From Candidatus Moraniibacteriota bacterium (GTDB lineage Bacteria; Patescibacteriota; Minisyncoccia; Moranbacterales; UBA2206): DNA of 59,654 bases. A program made the translations under genes and the position numbers. Shown piece after piece: positions 1-9,400 of the stretch. The notes under the pieces were generated by a model. The model saw only the letters and a list, made by a program, of their open reading frames with translations, had not been told where the DNA came from and did not search any database. The stretch is taken from assembly GCA_049303905.1 (NCBI GenBank), contig JBAQNP010000005.1, positions 1 through 59,654 of the forward strand, given 5' to 3'. Every line of letters begins with the position of its first letter. Positions within the stretch are counted from its first letter, which is position 1.

Positions 1-1151
1 CAGCTTCCGGCCTCAGGTGAAATTGTGCTGGCAGTGCAAGAAGTGATGTTGTTGCCATTTACCGTCCAAGTTAATCTGGTTTTTTCTGCCAGAGAAATTG
101 CAGTTGGCAAAGCGGAAATGGAAACAACGGGAGCGGGGGTAGCACAAGATATAATTTCTTTAACTGGTGGTTTATTCCAAAAATCCTTTATTTGATTATT
201 AACTAAATTATCTATTTCATTTTCCATTAAAGCATATACCCAAATTTGATACTTTTTATTAATTGGCCCCAAGTGAGTATATGTCGGTACAGTCAATTTA
301 TTTAAAATGACATCATTTGAAAAAGGTGTACTGGGCGGTATATTCCAACCATTGCTAACATCATTAATTCTCAAAGAATATAATATGTTATTTTTGGAAA
401 CGGACGTCCAATCAATTTTAACTTTTCCGTTGCTATCGCAAGCGGCAATAATTTTTGGAACAACTACTATTGTTCTAAATGGAGCATTTTTTGACCAATC
501 TCCATAGTCATCTTTAACTCGAAAGTATACTGTTTCTGTTCCAATAGTTGAAAATGTTTTGATGAACTCCTTAGTTCCTCCGCCCTCAAAGAAAGTGCTA
601 GCATCAAAAGCCGGACCGGAATGCCATTGATACTGAGCAATGCTTCCGTCATCACTCCCCTCCCCATTAAAAATAATTGAATCCCCAATATTAACAATTA
701 TTCGTTCTTCATCAATTGGATAGTTTGGCAGAGTGATAATGGCGGTTGGAATTACATTTTTAACTGTTATTGTTACGCTTGGCGCATCAGTTGGATAAGT
801 TGTAGTAGCTGACCAAGTGCCACTATCATCTTTAACTCGAAAGTATATTGTTTCTGTTCCAATAGTTGAAAATGTTTTGGTAAATTCTTTAGCATTCCCG
901 CCATCAAAAAAAGTGCTGGCATCAAAAGTATTACCGGAGTGCCATTGATATTCTATGATATTATTTCCATCAGTATCGGTTCCATGTCCACTGAAAGTAA
1001 CTTTGTCGCCAGTATGAACAGTTAGATTTTTTACTGGAGTATCGATTATAGCCACAGGACGAGTTGCGCTAGCCTGATTCACAGAAAAACCAAAGAATAC
1101 TATTATACAACAAAAGAGTAAGCCGATGATTTGTGCTTTTTTAATTTTCAT
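1..1151 (-). CDS. secreted tandem-repeat protein (PKD/Ig-like repeats). The N-terminus is present and the C-terminus is cut by the window edge.
   Basis: It is absent from the ORF track because it runs off the window. Hand translation from the ATG at 1151 gives the signal peptide MKIKKAQIIGLLFCCIIVFFGFSVNQASA. Two near-identical blocks about 320 nt apart follow (about 507-560 and 826-880), each encoding ..YQWHSG..FDASTFF.GG..KEF.KTFSTIGTET.YFRVKDD.. Confidence 0.6.
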   Translation of the reverse strand, partial: MKIKKAQIIGLLFCCIIVFFGFSVNQASATRPVAIIDTPVKNLTVHTGDKVTFSGHGTDTDGNNIIEYQWHSGNTFDASTFFDGGNAKEFTKTFSTIGTETIYFRVKDDSGTWSATTTYPTDAPSVTITVKNVIPTAIITLPNYPIDEERIIVNIGDSIIFNGEGSDDGSIAQYQWHSGPAFDASTFFEGGGTKEFIKTFSTIGTETVYFRVKDDYGDWSKNAPFRTIVVVPKIIAACDSNGKVKIDWTSVSKNNILYSLRINDVSNGWNIPPSTPFSNDVILNKLTVPTYTHLGPINKKYQIWVYALMENEIDNLVNNQIKDFWNKPPVKEIISCATPAPVVSISALPTAISLAEKTRLTWTVNGNNITSCTASTISPEAGS

Positions 1152-1166
1152 TTTTTAATTATTTTT

Positions 1167-1577
1167 CTATTTGACTATTATTAACATTAGCTCATTATCC
1201 TGACTATTATATTGAATATCAACTTCTTGATTTAGAGGAACTTCTGCTATGCTGATTTCCTTCAATAAGCCATTGCCTTCTCCTTGCTGAATCTGCTTCA
1301 AAAGAGAAACTCCTTTTTGAGAAATTTTAAGACTTAATTTTTCACCATCACTACCAACTATCTCAGCAGTACCAATATCAATAGATGAAACCTTTCCTTT
1401 GATATTTTGGATTTTATTTTTAACAATTTCCTCTTTTTGAGAAATGTCCTTAGCCATCTCTGTTTCTTTTGGAGTTTGACTATTTTTTTTGTTTCTAATT
1501 ACACCCACCGAAACAACGATCAAAATTATAATCATCACTACTCCGCCAATTATAATGATTCTTTTTTTATTTTCCAT
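1167..1577 (-). CDS. small N-terminally membrane-anchored protein, paralog family member 1
   Basis: 136-aa ORF with an N-terminal TM (IIIIGGVVMIIILIVVSVGVI). Its C-terminal end ..VDIQYNSQDNELMLIIVK matches the neighbour 1611..2033. Confidence 0.7.
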   Translation of the reverse strand: MENKKRIIIIGGVVMIIILIVVSVGVIRNKKNSQTPKETEMAKDISQKEEIVKNKIQNIKGKVSSIDIGTAEIVGSDGEKLSLKISQKGVSLLKQIQQGEGNGLLKEISIAEVPLNQEVDIQYNSQDNELMLIIVK

Positions 1578-1610
1578 TTTTTTAAAAATTAATAAATTAT
1601 AAATTAATAT

Positions 1611-2033
1611 TTATTTAACCATAATCAACATAACATCATTAGTCTTGCTGTTATATTGAATCTTAACCTCTTTGTTTTTCATAATATCAAATAATCCAAT
1701 TTCTTTATTAAGAAAATTTCCATCTTTTTGAATTATTTGCATCACAAACGAAGCTCCTGCTTGTGGCACATTAAGTGTTAACTTCTCTCCTTTGCTTGTA
1801 ATAATTTCAATATTATCAATATTAATAGAGACGATCTTACCTATAATGTTTTTGGCATTTGCTATTTCTGTTTTCTTGTCTTCAGTGAGTAAAACAGGCG
1901 GGGCTTGCACATTTTGACCTGAAGAAGTACTTATTTTTTTCTTATAGTTTCTATTTATTATAAATAGAAAAATAACCGCGAACAAGACAACTGCAATAAT
2001 TGAAATTATTAGTATTTTTTTGTGTTGTTGCAT
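1611..2033 (-). CDS. small N-terminally membrane-anchored protein, paralog family member 2
   Basis: 140-aa ORF with an N-terminal TM. The block IIGKIVSINIDNIEIITSKGEKLTLNV...VKIQYNSKTNDVMLIMVK is alignable with 1167..1577. Confidence 0.7.
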   Translation of the reverse strand: MQQHKKILIISIIAVVLFAVIFLFIINRNYKKKISTSSGQNVQAPPVLLTEDKKTEIANAKNIIGKIVSINIDNIEIITSKGEKLTLNVPQAGASFVMQIIQKDGNFLNKEIGLFDIMKNKEVKIQYNSKTNDVMLIMVK

Positions 2034-2060
2034 TTTTTAATCTTAAAATTTTTTTATTTT

Positions 2061-4517
2061 TTACGGTTGTACTTCTTTCCAATTACAATCTTTAGTACCA
2101 ACCCCAGAAGTGTTTCCACATTCATTTTTGCAAGGCTCTCCTTTGCAGAAATTTTCACAATGATAAGTAGTATCGCAAGGGAGTGCGCAACCAACAATTT
2201 TAGTTCCGCCAGAACAAACTATAGGATTACTACAATTATCAGTTTCATTCCAAATACTGCCCGGACAATAATTCGCACCATTTTGACAGCCAGCGCTAGT
2301 GCAACAAGTAACTGACTGCCTTGGCAATATCTCCGGATTACCCGTGCCACTATTATTTATCCCCCAAGCCGAGATATCATAAGTTCCATCTGGCAAGGGC
2401 GTAGTGTTAGTATCACAAGAAAATCTATGATTGCCAATAATTCCTTCCGTATTATTAACAAATAAGTCATATTGGTTTGCTGAACAACCTCCTAAAAAAA
2501 CTCTATCGGCAGGAAGAGGTACTTCTTTATAGAAATGAACATCTATAGATTGAGAACTCACATCTGGATCATATGCCCAGCCATTAACATTTATTATGCC
2601 GTTAGCGCAGGTTGCGCTTTCAAAAACTCCAACAGGGTTACCTGCAACTGCAATAGTGACATTTTTTTTACCGGTTGATCTACCATTACTTGCCCAGCAT
2701 TCAATCTCATAAGTTGTTGAAGCAGTAAGAGGTCCGGTTGCTTCAACTCCATCAGTATCATGCCATCCCGTACCACTTGGAGTTGTTCCCCAACAATCTC
2801 TTACGTTTGTAGTGTTCCAACGCACTGTAGTGCCATATCCACTCGCTACATTATAATTATCTGCTCGAAAATTAAGCGTAGGAATAACGCAAGATTTCGT
2901 TCCAGAAACATAATTACAACCATTCCAGCAAGAATCATAGGTACATATACCAGCCAAGGCAGTAGCGTTACAGCTATTATTAGAAATACAACTGCAATCA
3001 TTACCACTGCAATCAACGCAAGTAGTTCCAACCATCTTGTACCCCTCAGCGCAAACAACATCTTTTCCAGTGCATGTTTTTTTGTCATCTGGTTCAGCGC
3101 TATTCCAAACTTTATAATTGCAAGTTCTTGTTTGGGTTGAATTTGATTTATTAGTATATAAATTATTAGACATAATAGTACCTTCGCCTAAGGGAAATGG
3201 ATATGGTCCGTAGTTTTGTGTATAAGTCGGAGAATTATATGTGCATTTATATCCTCCACATGAAAAACGAGAACAAACGGCACTCCAAGAATCACTATTG
3301 GAAGCTGAGACTGATCTAGTGACAGTTTCACCTGAATTTAGATAAGTAGTATATCCAACACAACCAGGTTCTGTGATTGGTTTGGGGATGCCACTACTAA
3401 CTGATGTTGTCCCTGTACATTTTCCAATCTTAGTTGGATCGGCACTATTCCAAACTTCGAAGTTACATGTTCTTGTTTTAGTTGAGCCAGAGCTATTATA
3501 ATATTGATTATTTGCAAAAAGTGAGGTTGAAGAAAATGCAGTGCCAATAATGCCCCCCGAATAATTTTGAGTTTTGCCAGCAGAATAATCACATATGTAG
3601 TTTGAGCAAGAAAAATCAGTACATGTTGCTTTCCATGTGTTGGCGTTTGCAGCTGAAACAGATGCGAGATAGGAACCACCAGAGGCAATTGGTCCCCCAT
3701 TCCAAGCGCTACAACTTGGATCGGTTGGATTAGGAGGCGGATCACCAGGCTTCACAGTCACTGACTGAGTACATGATGTCGTTAAACTAGGGCGAGCACT
3801 ATTATAAAATCTAAAAGTACACGCCCTTGTTTTGTTTGTAGCGGAAGTATTATAGTGTGTCATTGTAGAAGAAATAGTTCCATTTGTAATAGAACCTTCC
3901 GGATAAGTCTGAGTAGTGCCAGTATAATTACACACATAATTAGAACATTGATAATTAGTACAAGACGCCGTATATTTGTCAACACCGGAAGCAGAAAGGG
4001 ATATATTGACAGGTTCACCTGAATCTACGGTAAAAGGACCATTAGCCGTACAACTTGGGGTGTCAACGCAAGTTCCGCTATAGCATTCCATTGGTCTTTG
4101 AGCTGTCCCACAAGATGTTCCGTTGGGGGCATCGGCTGTTGTGCAGGTATTAGATGCTGTGCAAGCTCTTACCTTACAAGTCGGAGGAGTTGGACAATGT
4201 GTTGCATCACTAGGGCAACAATCTACTGCGGTAGCATTTATTGAACCAGCTGTACTGCTAAAAGTACCACTGCTAGTCCAGCACGCCGCATCCATCGTAC
4301 ATGAAGCACTACTGCAGACACCTACTAATTTACCGCCCTTTACATATCCAGCATTACCACTATATTTATTAGATACACTACACCATTTACAACTATTTGT
4401 TTTAGTGTCAGTGCAAGTTTCTCCCAATGAACAGGTATCGCTAGCTCCTGCTTGATTATTTGCTAATAATAAGAATGCTAGTGAAAAGACGAGAGAAACA
4501 AAATATTTTTTCTTCAT
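2061..4517 (-). CDS. large secreted cysteine-rich surface protein with three tandem ~115-aa modules
   Basis: 818-aa ORF with signal peptide MKKKYFVSLVFSLAFLLLANNQAGA. It contains three repeats ending TRACTFRFYNSARP / TRTCNFEVWNSADP / TRTCNYKVWNSAEP and has Cys-dense N- and C-terminal regions. Confidence 0.8.
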   Translation of the reverse strand: MKKKYFVSLVFSLAFLLLANNQAGASDTCSLGETCTDTKTNSCKWCSVSNKYSGNAGYVKGGKLVGVCSSASCTMDAACWTSSGTFSSTAGSINATAVDCCPSDATHCPTPPTCKVRACTASNTCTTADAPNGTSCGTAQRPMECYSGTCVDTPSCTANGPFTVDSGEPVNISLSASGVDKYTASCTNYQCSNYVCNYTGTTQTYPEGSITNGTISSTMTHYNTSATNKTRACTFRFYNSARPSLTTSCTQSVTVKPGDPPPNPTDPSCSAWNGGPIASGGSYLASVSAANANTWKATCTDFSCSNYICDYSAGKTQNYSGGIIGTAFSSTSLFANNQYYNSSGSTKTRTCNFEVWNSADPTKIGKCTGTTSVSSGIPKPITEPGCVGYTTYLNSGETVTRSVSASNSDSWSAVCSRFSCGGYKCTYNSPTYTQNYGPYPFPLGEGTIMSNNLYTNKSNSTQTRTCNYKVWNSAEPDDKKTCTGKDVVCAEGYKMVGTTCVDCSGNDCSCISNNSCNATALAGICTYDSCWNGCNYVSGTKSCVIPTLNFRADNYNVASGYGTTVRWNTTNVRDCWGTTPSGTGWHDTDGVEATGPLTASTTYEIECWASNGRSTGKKNVTIAVAGNPVGVFESATCANGIINVNGWAYDPDVSSQSIDVHFYKEVPLPADRVFLGGCSANQYDLFVNNTEGIIGNHRFSCDTNTTPLPDGTYDISAWGINNSGTGNPEILPRQSVTCCTSAGCQNGANYCPGSIWNETDNCSNPIVCSGGTKIVGCALPCDTTYHCENFCKGEPCKNECGNTSGVGTKDCNWKEVQP

Positions 4518-4533
4518 TTTTTTATTTTAAAAT

Positions 4534-5031
4534 TTATAATGTATTTATTTTTTTATCATTCGGATCAGATACCGCAATATTTATATTTATAGTTTTAATA
4601 TCTCTTGTTTTTTCATTATATTCAATAGTAACTTCTTGACCTGATTTCAAATCAGCCAACTTAGCCCATACTTTATTATCTTCATCTCCCCTAGTCACGG
4701 GCGTGGCCGGAGAAGCTAGTTTTATATTAAAAGATTCTTCATTTTTTTTCTTCTCTTCATCATTAGTTGCTTTCATGTCATTTTCTACACTTATGAAAGT
4801 TATTGATTTTTCACCTAATTTTACCAAATAACCAGTTGTTTTTTTTATGTTTTCCTCTGTTTTCTCTTCTTTCATTTTTTCCTGAGAATTTTTTTGATTT
4901 AAAATGTTAGCTGTTTGCGTTTTTATTTTGTTTAAAAATATAAAAATAAAGTATGTAATCGTAAGAAAAACGACAATGCTAACTAGAATTATTGTGCGCG
5001 TTTTGTTTTTATCCATTTTTTTTGTTTTCAT
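4534..5031 (-). CDS. small N-terminally membrane-anchored protein, divergent paralog family member 3
   Basis: 165-aa ORF with an N-terminal TM (IILVSIVVFLTITYFIFIFL). Its C-terminal ..GQEVTIEYNEKTRDIKTINI resembles the ..IQYNS.. tail of 1167 and 1611. Confidence 0.65.
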   Translation of the reverse strand: MKTKKMDKNKTRTIILVSIVVFLTITYFIFIFLNKIKTQTANILNQKNSQEKMKEEKTEENIKKTTGYLVKLGEKSITFISVENDMKATNDEEKKKNEESFNIKLASPATPVTRGDEDNKVWAKLADLKSGQEVTIEYNEKTRDIKTININIAVSDPNDKKINTL

Positions 5032-5091
5032 AAATTTTAATTTTTAATTTCTATTAAAATAATATCACATTTGTTTGAAAATACCAACTGT

Positions 5092-6414
5092 TTAGTTATC
5101 CACACCCCGCCGGAATTCCTGTCCTCGCAATTTTCTGTGGTAGCTAATTGCAAAGCGATGAGCTTCGTTTCTGATTTGTTCGATTATATTTTGGTCTAAT
5201 TCTGGAACATTGCCAAATCTTCGCAAATCTATTTTTTTTCGAGTTGGTCCTTTGGCGACCGCTAAAAGCGGAATTTCCAGTTTATAATTTTTGAGAACTT
5301 GGCGCGCCATATTAAGGTGCCCCGCTCCTCCGTCAAGCAAAATCAGATTTGGTAATGGCCAGCCTCGCGTCGACGAGCGGTCGTCTCCGTGAGTCGAGGC
5401 GAGCCAACTATTTTGAAATCTTCGGATCAAAACTTCCCGCATTGCGCCCACATCATCTGCACCATCAAATGTTTTTATCTTGAATTTTCGATATTGACTC
5501 TTATTCGGCCCCATTTCGCCATACGAATTATCAAACACCACCATTGATCCAACATTAAATTTCCCAGAAATATTGGAAATATCATAGCCTTCAATCCTTA
5601 AATTCCCCCTCTCCTTAATAAGGAGAGGGTCGGGGTGAGGTTTATCCGAAATGAGGGCTACATCCCTGATATGTTGCAAAGCAAAAATTTTGCTTCTAAC
5701 TTCTCCTGCTTTTTCAAATTCTTCTTTTTTTGAATACTCAGTCATTTCTTTTTTCAATTTTGCCAGTAAATTTTTCTTTTTTCCTTCCAGAATCATTCTG
5801 ATCCCTCGAATATTTTTTTGATAATCACTTTTTGAAATAGCCCCCGCATACGGCCCAGGGCAAAGTCCCAACTGAAAATCCAAACAACCTTTTTCCGAAT
5901 TTTCTTTTTTGTTATGATAGGGAAAAATCTTTCTGAGAATTTTCAAAGCAATTTCGATTTGTTTTTTGGAGGTATATGGACCATATATTTTCTCCGTAGG
6001 GAACAAAAATTTTTGTTCCCTACCGCGGAAAATTAAAATTCTAGGAAAATCTTCTTTTGTCATAACAACGTATGAAAATGACTTATCATCTTTACCATCA
6101 ACATTATATTTAGGCTGAAATTTCTTGATGAGTTCCTGCTCCAAAATATACGCCTCCAAAACCGTCTCTGTCTTTCTAATTTCAATATCCTTAACTTCCG
6201 AAATCATCATCTCAATCGGTCTTGAGGATTGCCCCCTCTCTCCTTTATAAGGAGAGGGACTGGGGGTGAGGTGGCGGGAAGCGAAATACGACCCAACCCG
6301 ATCCCTCAGACTTGTCGCTTTTCCAGCATAAACAACACCACCCGCTTTATCTTTAAAAATATACACTCCTGGTGAGTTTGGAAAAGATTTAATTTTTTTG
6401 GAAATATCTGTCAT
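5092..6414 (-). CDS. uvrC: excinuclease ABC subunit C, compact form carrying repeat-derived inserts
   Basis: Has the GIY-YIG N-terminus (GVYIFKDKAGGVVYAGKATSLRDRVGSYF), a UVR-like helix (EEFEKAGEVRSKIFALQHI) and the C-terminal endonuclease region (IEGYDISNISG...LILLDGGAGHL...EAHRFAISYHRK). At 440 aa it ends without an (HhH)2 tail. Confidence 0.9.
   Translation of the reverse strand: MTDISKKIKSFPNSPGVYIFKDKAGGVVYAGKATSLRDRVGSYFASRHLTPSPSPYKGERGQSSRPIEMMISEVKDIEIRKTETVLEAYILEQELIKKFQPKYNVDGKDDKSFSYVVMTKEDFPRILIFRGREQKFLFPTEKIYGPYTSKKQIEIALKILRKIFPYHNKKENSEKGCLDFQLGLCPGPYAGAISKSDYQKNIRGIRMILEGKKKNLLAKLKKEMTEYSKKEEFEKAGEVRSKIFALQHIRDVALISDKPHPDPLLIKERGNLRIEGYDISNISGKFNVGSMVVFDNSYGEMGPNKSQYRKFKIKTFDGADDVGAMREVLIRRFQNSWLASTHGDDRSSTRGWPLPNLILLDGGAGHLNMARQVLKNYKLEIPLLAVAKGPTRKKIDLRRFGNVPELDQNIIEQIRNEAHRFAISYHRKLRGQEFRRGVDN
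5363..5401. repeat. dispersed repeat family B, copy 1 (inside uvrC, in frame)
   Basis: cctcgcgtcgacgagcggtcgtctccgtgagtcgaggcg is near-identical to 8210..8248. It is translated as ASTHGDDRSSTRG. Confidence 0.85.
5605..5640. repeat. dispersed palindromic repeat family A, copy 1 (inside uvrC, in frame)
   Basis: ccccctctccttaataaggagagggtcggggtgagg contains the hairpin ccctctcc/ggagaggg. It is translated as PHPDPLLIKERG. Confidence 0.85.
6232..6271. repeat. dispersed palindromic repeat family A, copy 2 (inside the uvrC GIY-YIG region, in frame)
   Basis: ccccctctctcctttataaggagagggactgggggtgagg is translated as HLTPSPSPYKGERGQ. Confidence 0.85.
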
Positions 6415-6432
6415 TTTTTTGCATAATACTTT

Positions 6433-9400
6433 CTACTTCCTACTTAATACTTCTTTTAAGTATTTCCCCGTCCAACTTTCTTTGTGATATTTGGCCACTT
6501 CTTCCGGCGTGCCGGAAACAATTAGTTTTCCGCCACCGTCTCCCCCCTCTGGTCCAAGATCAATTATCCAGTCAGCGGTTTTGATCACATCCATATTATG
6601 CTCAATAACCACTACGGTATTGCCAGCATCCACCAAACGATTCAAGACTTTCAAAAGTTTTTTAATATCATCAAAATGCAAACCGGTAGTTGGTTCGTCT
6701 AAAATATAGAGCGTATCGCCTGTGGCTCGGCGAGAAAGTTCAGTCGCCAGCTTTATCCTCTGCGCTTCTCCACCAGAAAGAGTGGTGGCGCTTTGCCCGA
6801 GCTGAATGTATCCCAGACCAACATCTTCCAGGACTGCCAACTTGTCATGAATCTCAGGAAAGTTTTGAAAAAATTCTCGCGCATCTGTTATCGTCAAATC
6901 CAGCACTTCGGCGATATTTTTTTCCTTATATTTTACTTTCAAAGTTTCACTGTTATATCTTTTGCCGGAACATATATCACACGGTAAATATACATCCGGC
7001 ATAAATTGCATTTCAATTTTGAGTTGTCCATCCCCTTGGCAATTATCGCATCTTCCTCCCTTAACATTAAACGAAAATCTCCCAGGAGAATATCCTCTAC
7101 TCTTGCCGTCTCGCGTCTGGGCAAAAAGTTCGCGAATGGGAGTAAAAAGTCCAGTATAGGTGGCTGGATTAGATCTAGGCGTTCTGCCAATCGGACTTTG
7201 ATCAATCATGATAACTTTGTTGATATAGTGCGCACCAACAATTTCGTTGTGTTTTCCAGGACGATCAAGTGTGCGCATAATGTCACGCGCCAAAGATTTG
7301 TATAGAACATCTTCGACTAATGTTGATTTTCCCGAACCGGAAACTCCAGTTACGCAAGTCAAAACTTTCAAAGGAAATTCCACGGTGACATTTTTGAGAT
7401 TATGCTCACGCGCTCCACGCACAATGATTGATTTTTTGTTTTTCATACTCCGTCGGGAAGTTGGAATTTCAATGGATAATTCTTTTCGAAGATACTTAGC
7501 TGTAAGTGATTTTTTGCTTTTCAAAACTTCCTGCGGTGTTCCGGAAGCGATAATTTCTCCACCATGACGCCCCGCTCCTGGACCAATATCCACCAAATGA
7601 TCCGCTGCTAACATTGTTTCTTCGTCGTGCTCCACTACAATCAAGGTATTGCCAATGTCTCGCAGTCGAAGAAGTGTTTCCAATAGCTTTGTGTTGTCTC
7701 TGGCGTGCAAACCAACTGACGGTTCATCAAGAATATAGAGCACGCCCACTAGTTGCGAGCCAATTTGTGAGGCCAAGCGAATTCTTTGTGCTTCTCCGCC
7801 TGCCAAAGTGGCCGCGCTTCGTCCTAGCGTCAAATATCCCAGTCCGACATTTTCCAAAAAACTCAAACGATTCTTAATTTCAACAAGAATTCTCCCAGCA
7901 ATCAATTCTTCTTTTTGGCTAAATTTTATCTCCCTAAAAAATTTCAACGCTTCAAAGATACTCACTGAGGAGATTTCTGAAATATTTTTGCCATGCACTG
8001 TCACCAAAAGAACTTCTTTTTTATATCTTGCACCCAAACATTCTGAACAAGGATTTTGCGACATATATTTTTCCGTATCCGCCCGCACTGAGTCTGATTG
8101 CGTTTTCTTATATTTATCTTGCAAATATCCCACCGCTCCGCGCCAATTCATGTTATATTTCCAAACTGCTCCAGTTTTGCTTCTAAGCGTGACTGGAATT
8201 TGTTCCCCACCTCGCGTCGACGAGCGATCGTCTCCGCGAGTCGAGGCGGGAGCTTCGTCGCTTGAAATCATATCTTTCGCATCCCTATCCCCGTAAAGCA
8301 AGATATTAAAATCCTCTTCCGACAAATCCCGTAGGCGCGTATTTTCTGAAATATGAAAATAATTTGTCACAGCCCGAAGGATTGTTCCTTGCCAATTATT
8401 TTTTTTATAACTCCATGGCATAATCGCCCCTTCAGCAATTGTCTTATTCTTATCCGGTGCCACAAGTTGTGGATCAATTTCTTTTTTTGTCCCTAATCCT
8501 TCACAAGCTGGGCAAGCTCCATAAGGGCTGTTAAAAGAAAACAATCGCGGTTCAATCTCCGGAAATTCAATTTCATGAATTGGACAAGCTAGATTCTGAT
8601 TGAAAACCATTTCATTGACCTTTGACTTTTGACCTTTGACTTTTGACCTTATTTTCACCAATCCTTCTGATAATTTCAACGCTTTTTCCACTCCTTCAAA
8701 AATCCGCGATATATTTTTGTCCGTGATTTCAACTTCGTCCACCAAAATATCAATGCTGTGTTTTTTATATTTTTCTAATTTCATCTGCTCTTTTATTTTG
8801 GCGTTAAGTTCAATTTTTTTTCCATTGACATAAGCAAGGGAATATCCGCGCCGAAACATTTCTGAAAGCATCGTGCCATATTCTCCCTTTCTTTGTCTGA
8901 CAACCGGCGAAAGAATTTCAACAAAACAGCTTTTTTCATTATCTCCTTCTCCTTTATAAGGAGAAGGTGCCCCGCCTTTGCGGGGCGGATGAGGTTGAGG
9001 GATGCACATATCGATTATCCTATCCACAATTTCATCCGTGGAAAGTTTCGTAATTTCCTGTCCGCACTCCGGACAATGCGGGATTCCAATTTTGGCATAA
9101 AGTAACCTGAGATAATCTTGAATTTCCGTGACTGTTCCAACAGTAGAACGCGGATTATGTGAAGCTGCTTTTTGATCGATTGAAATAGCCGGCGAAAGTC
9201 CTTCGATATAATCCACATCCGGCTTGTCCATTTGTCCCAAAAATTGCCGAGCATAAGAAGATAAGCTTTCCAAATAGCGTCTCTGACCTTCCGCAAAAAT
9301 TGTGTCAAAAGCCAGCGTACTCTTGCCAGAACCGCTAATACCCGTAAAAACTATAAATTTGTTTCTCGGAAGCTTAAGATCAATATTTTTCAAATTATGC

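Noticed and set aside
2022-4455. Plus-strand ORFs (2022..2315, 2760..3140, 4123..4455) and alternative minus-frame ORFs inside the Cys-rich gene.
   Set aside because: They are antisense or out of frame relative to an 818-aa ORF with a signal peptide and internal protein-level repeats. No independent support exists.
6491-9308. Numerous 60-160 aa ORFs on both strands inside the uvrA coordinates (e.g. 7808..8296 +, 9015..9308 -).
   Set aside because: They lie entirely inside a full-length, motif-complete uvrA reading frame. They have low-complexity or odd compositions and no start context, so I treat them as shadow ORFs.
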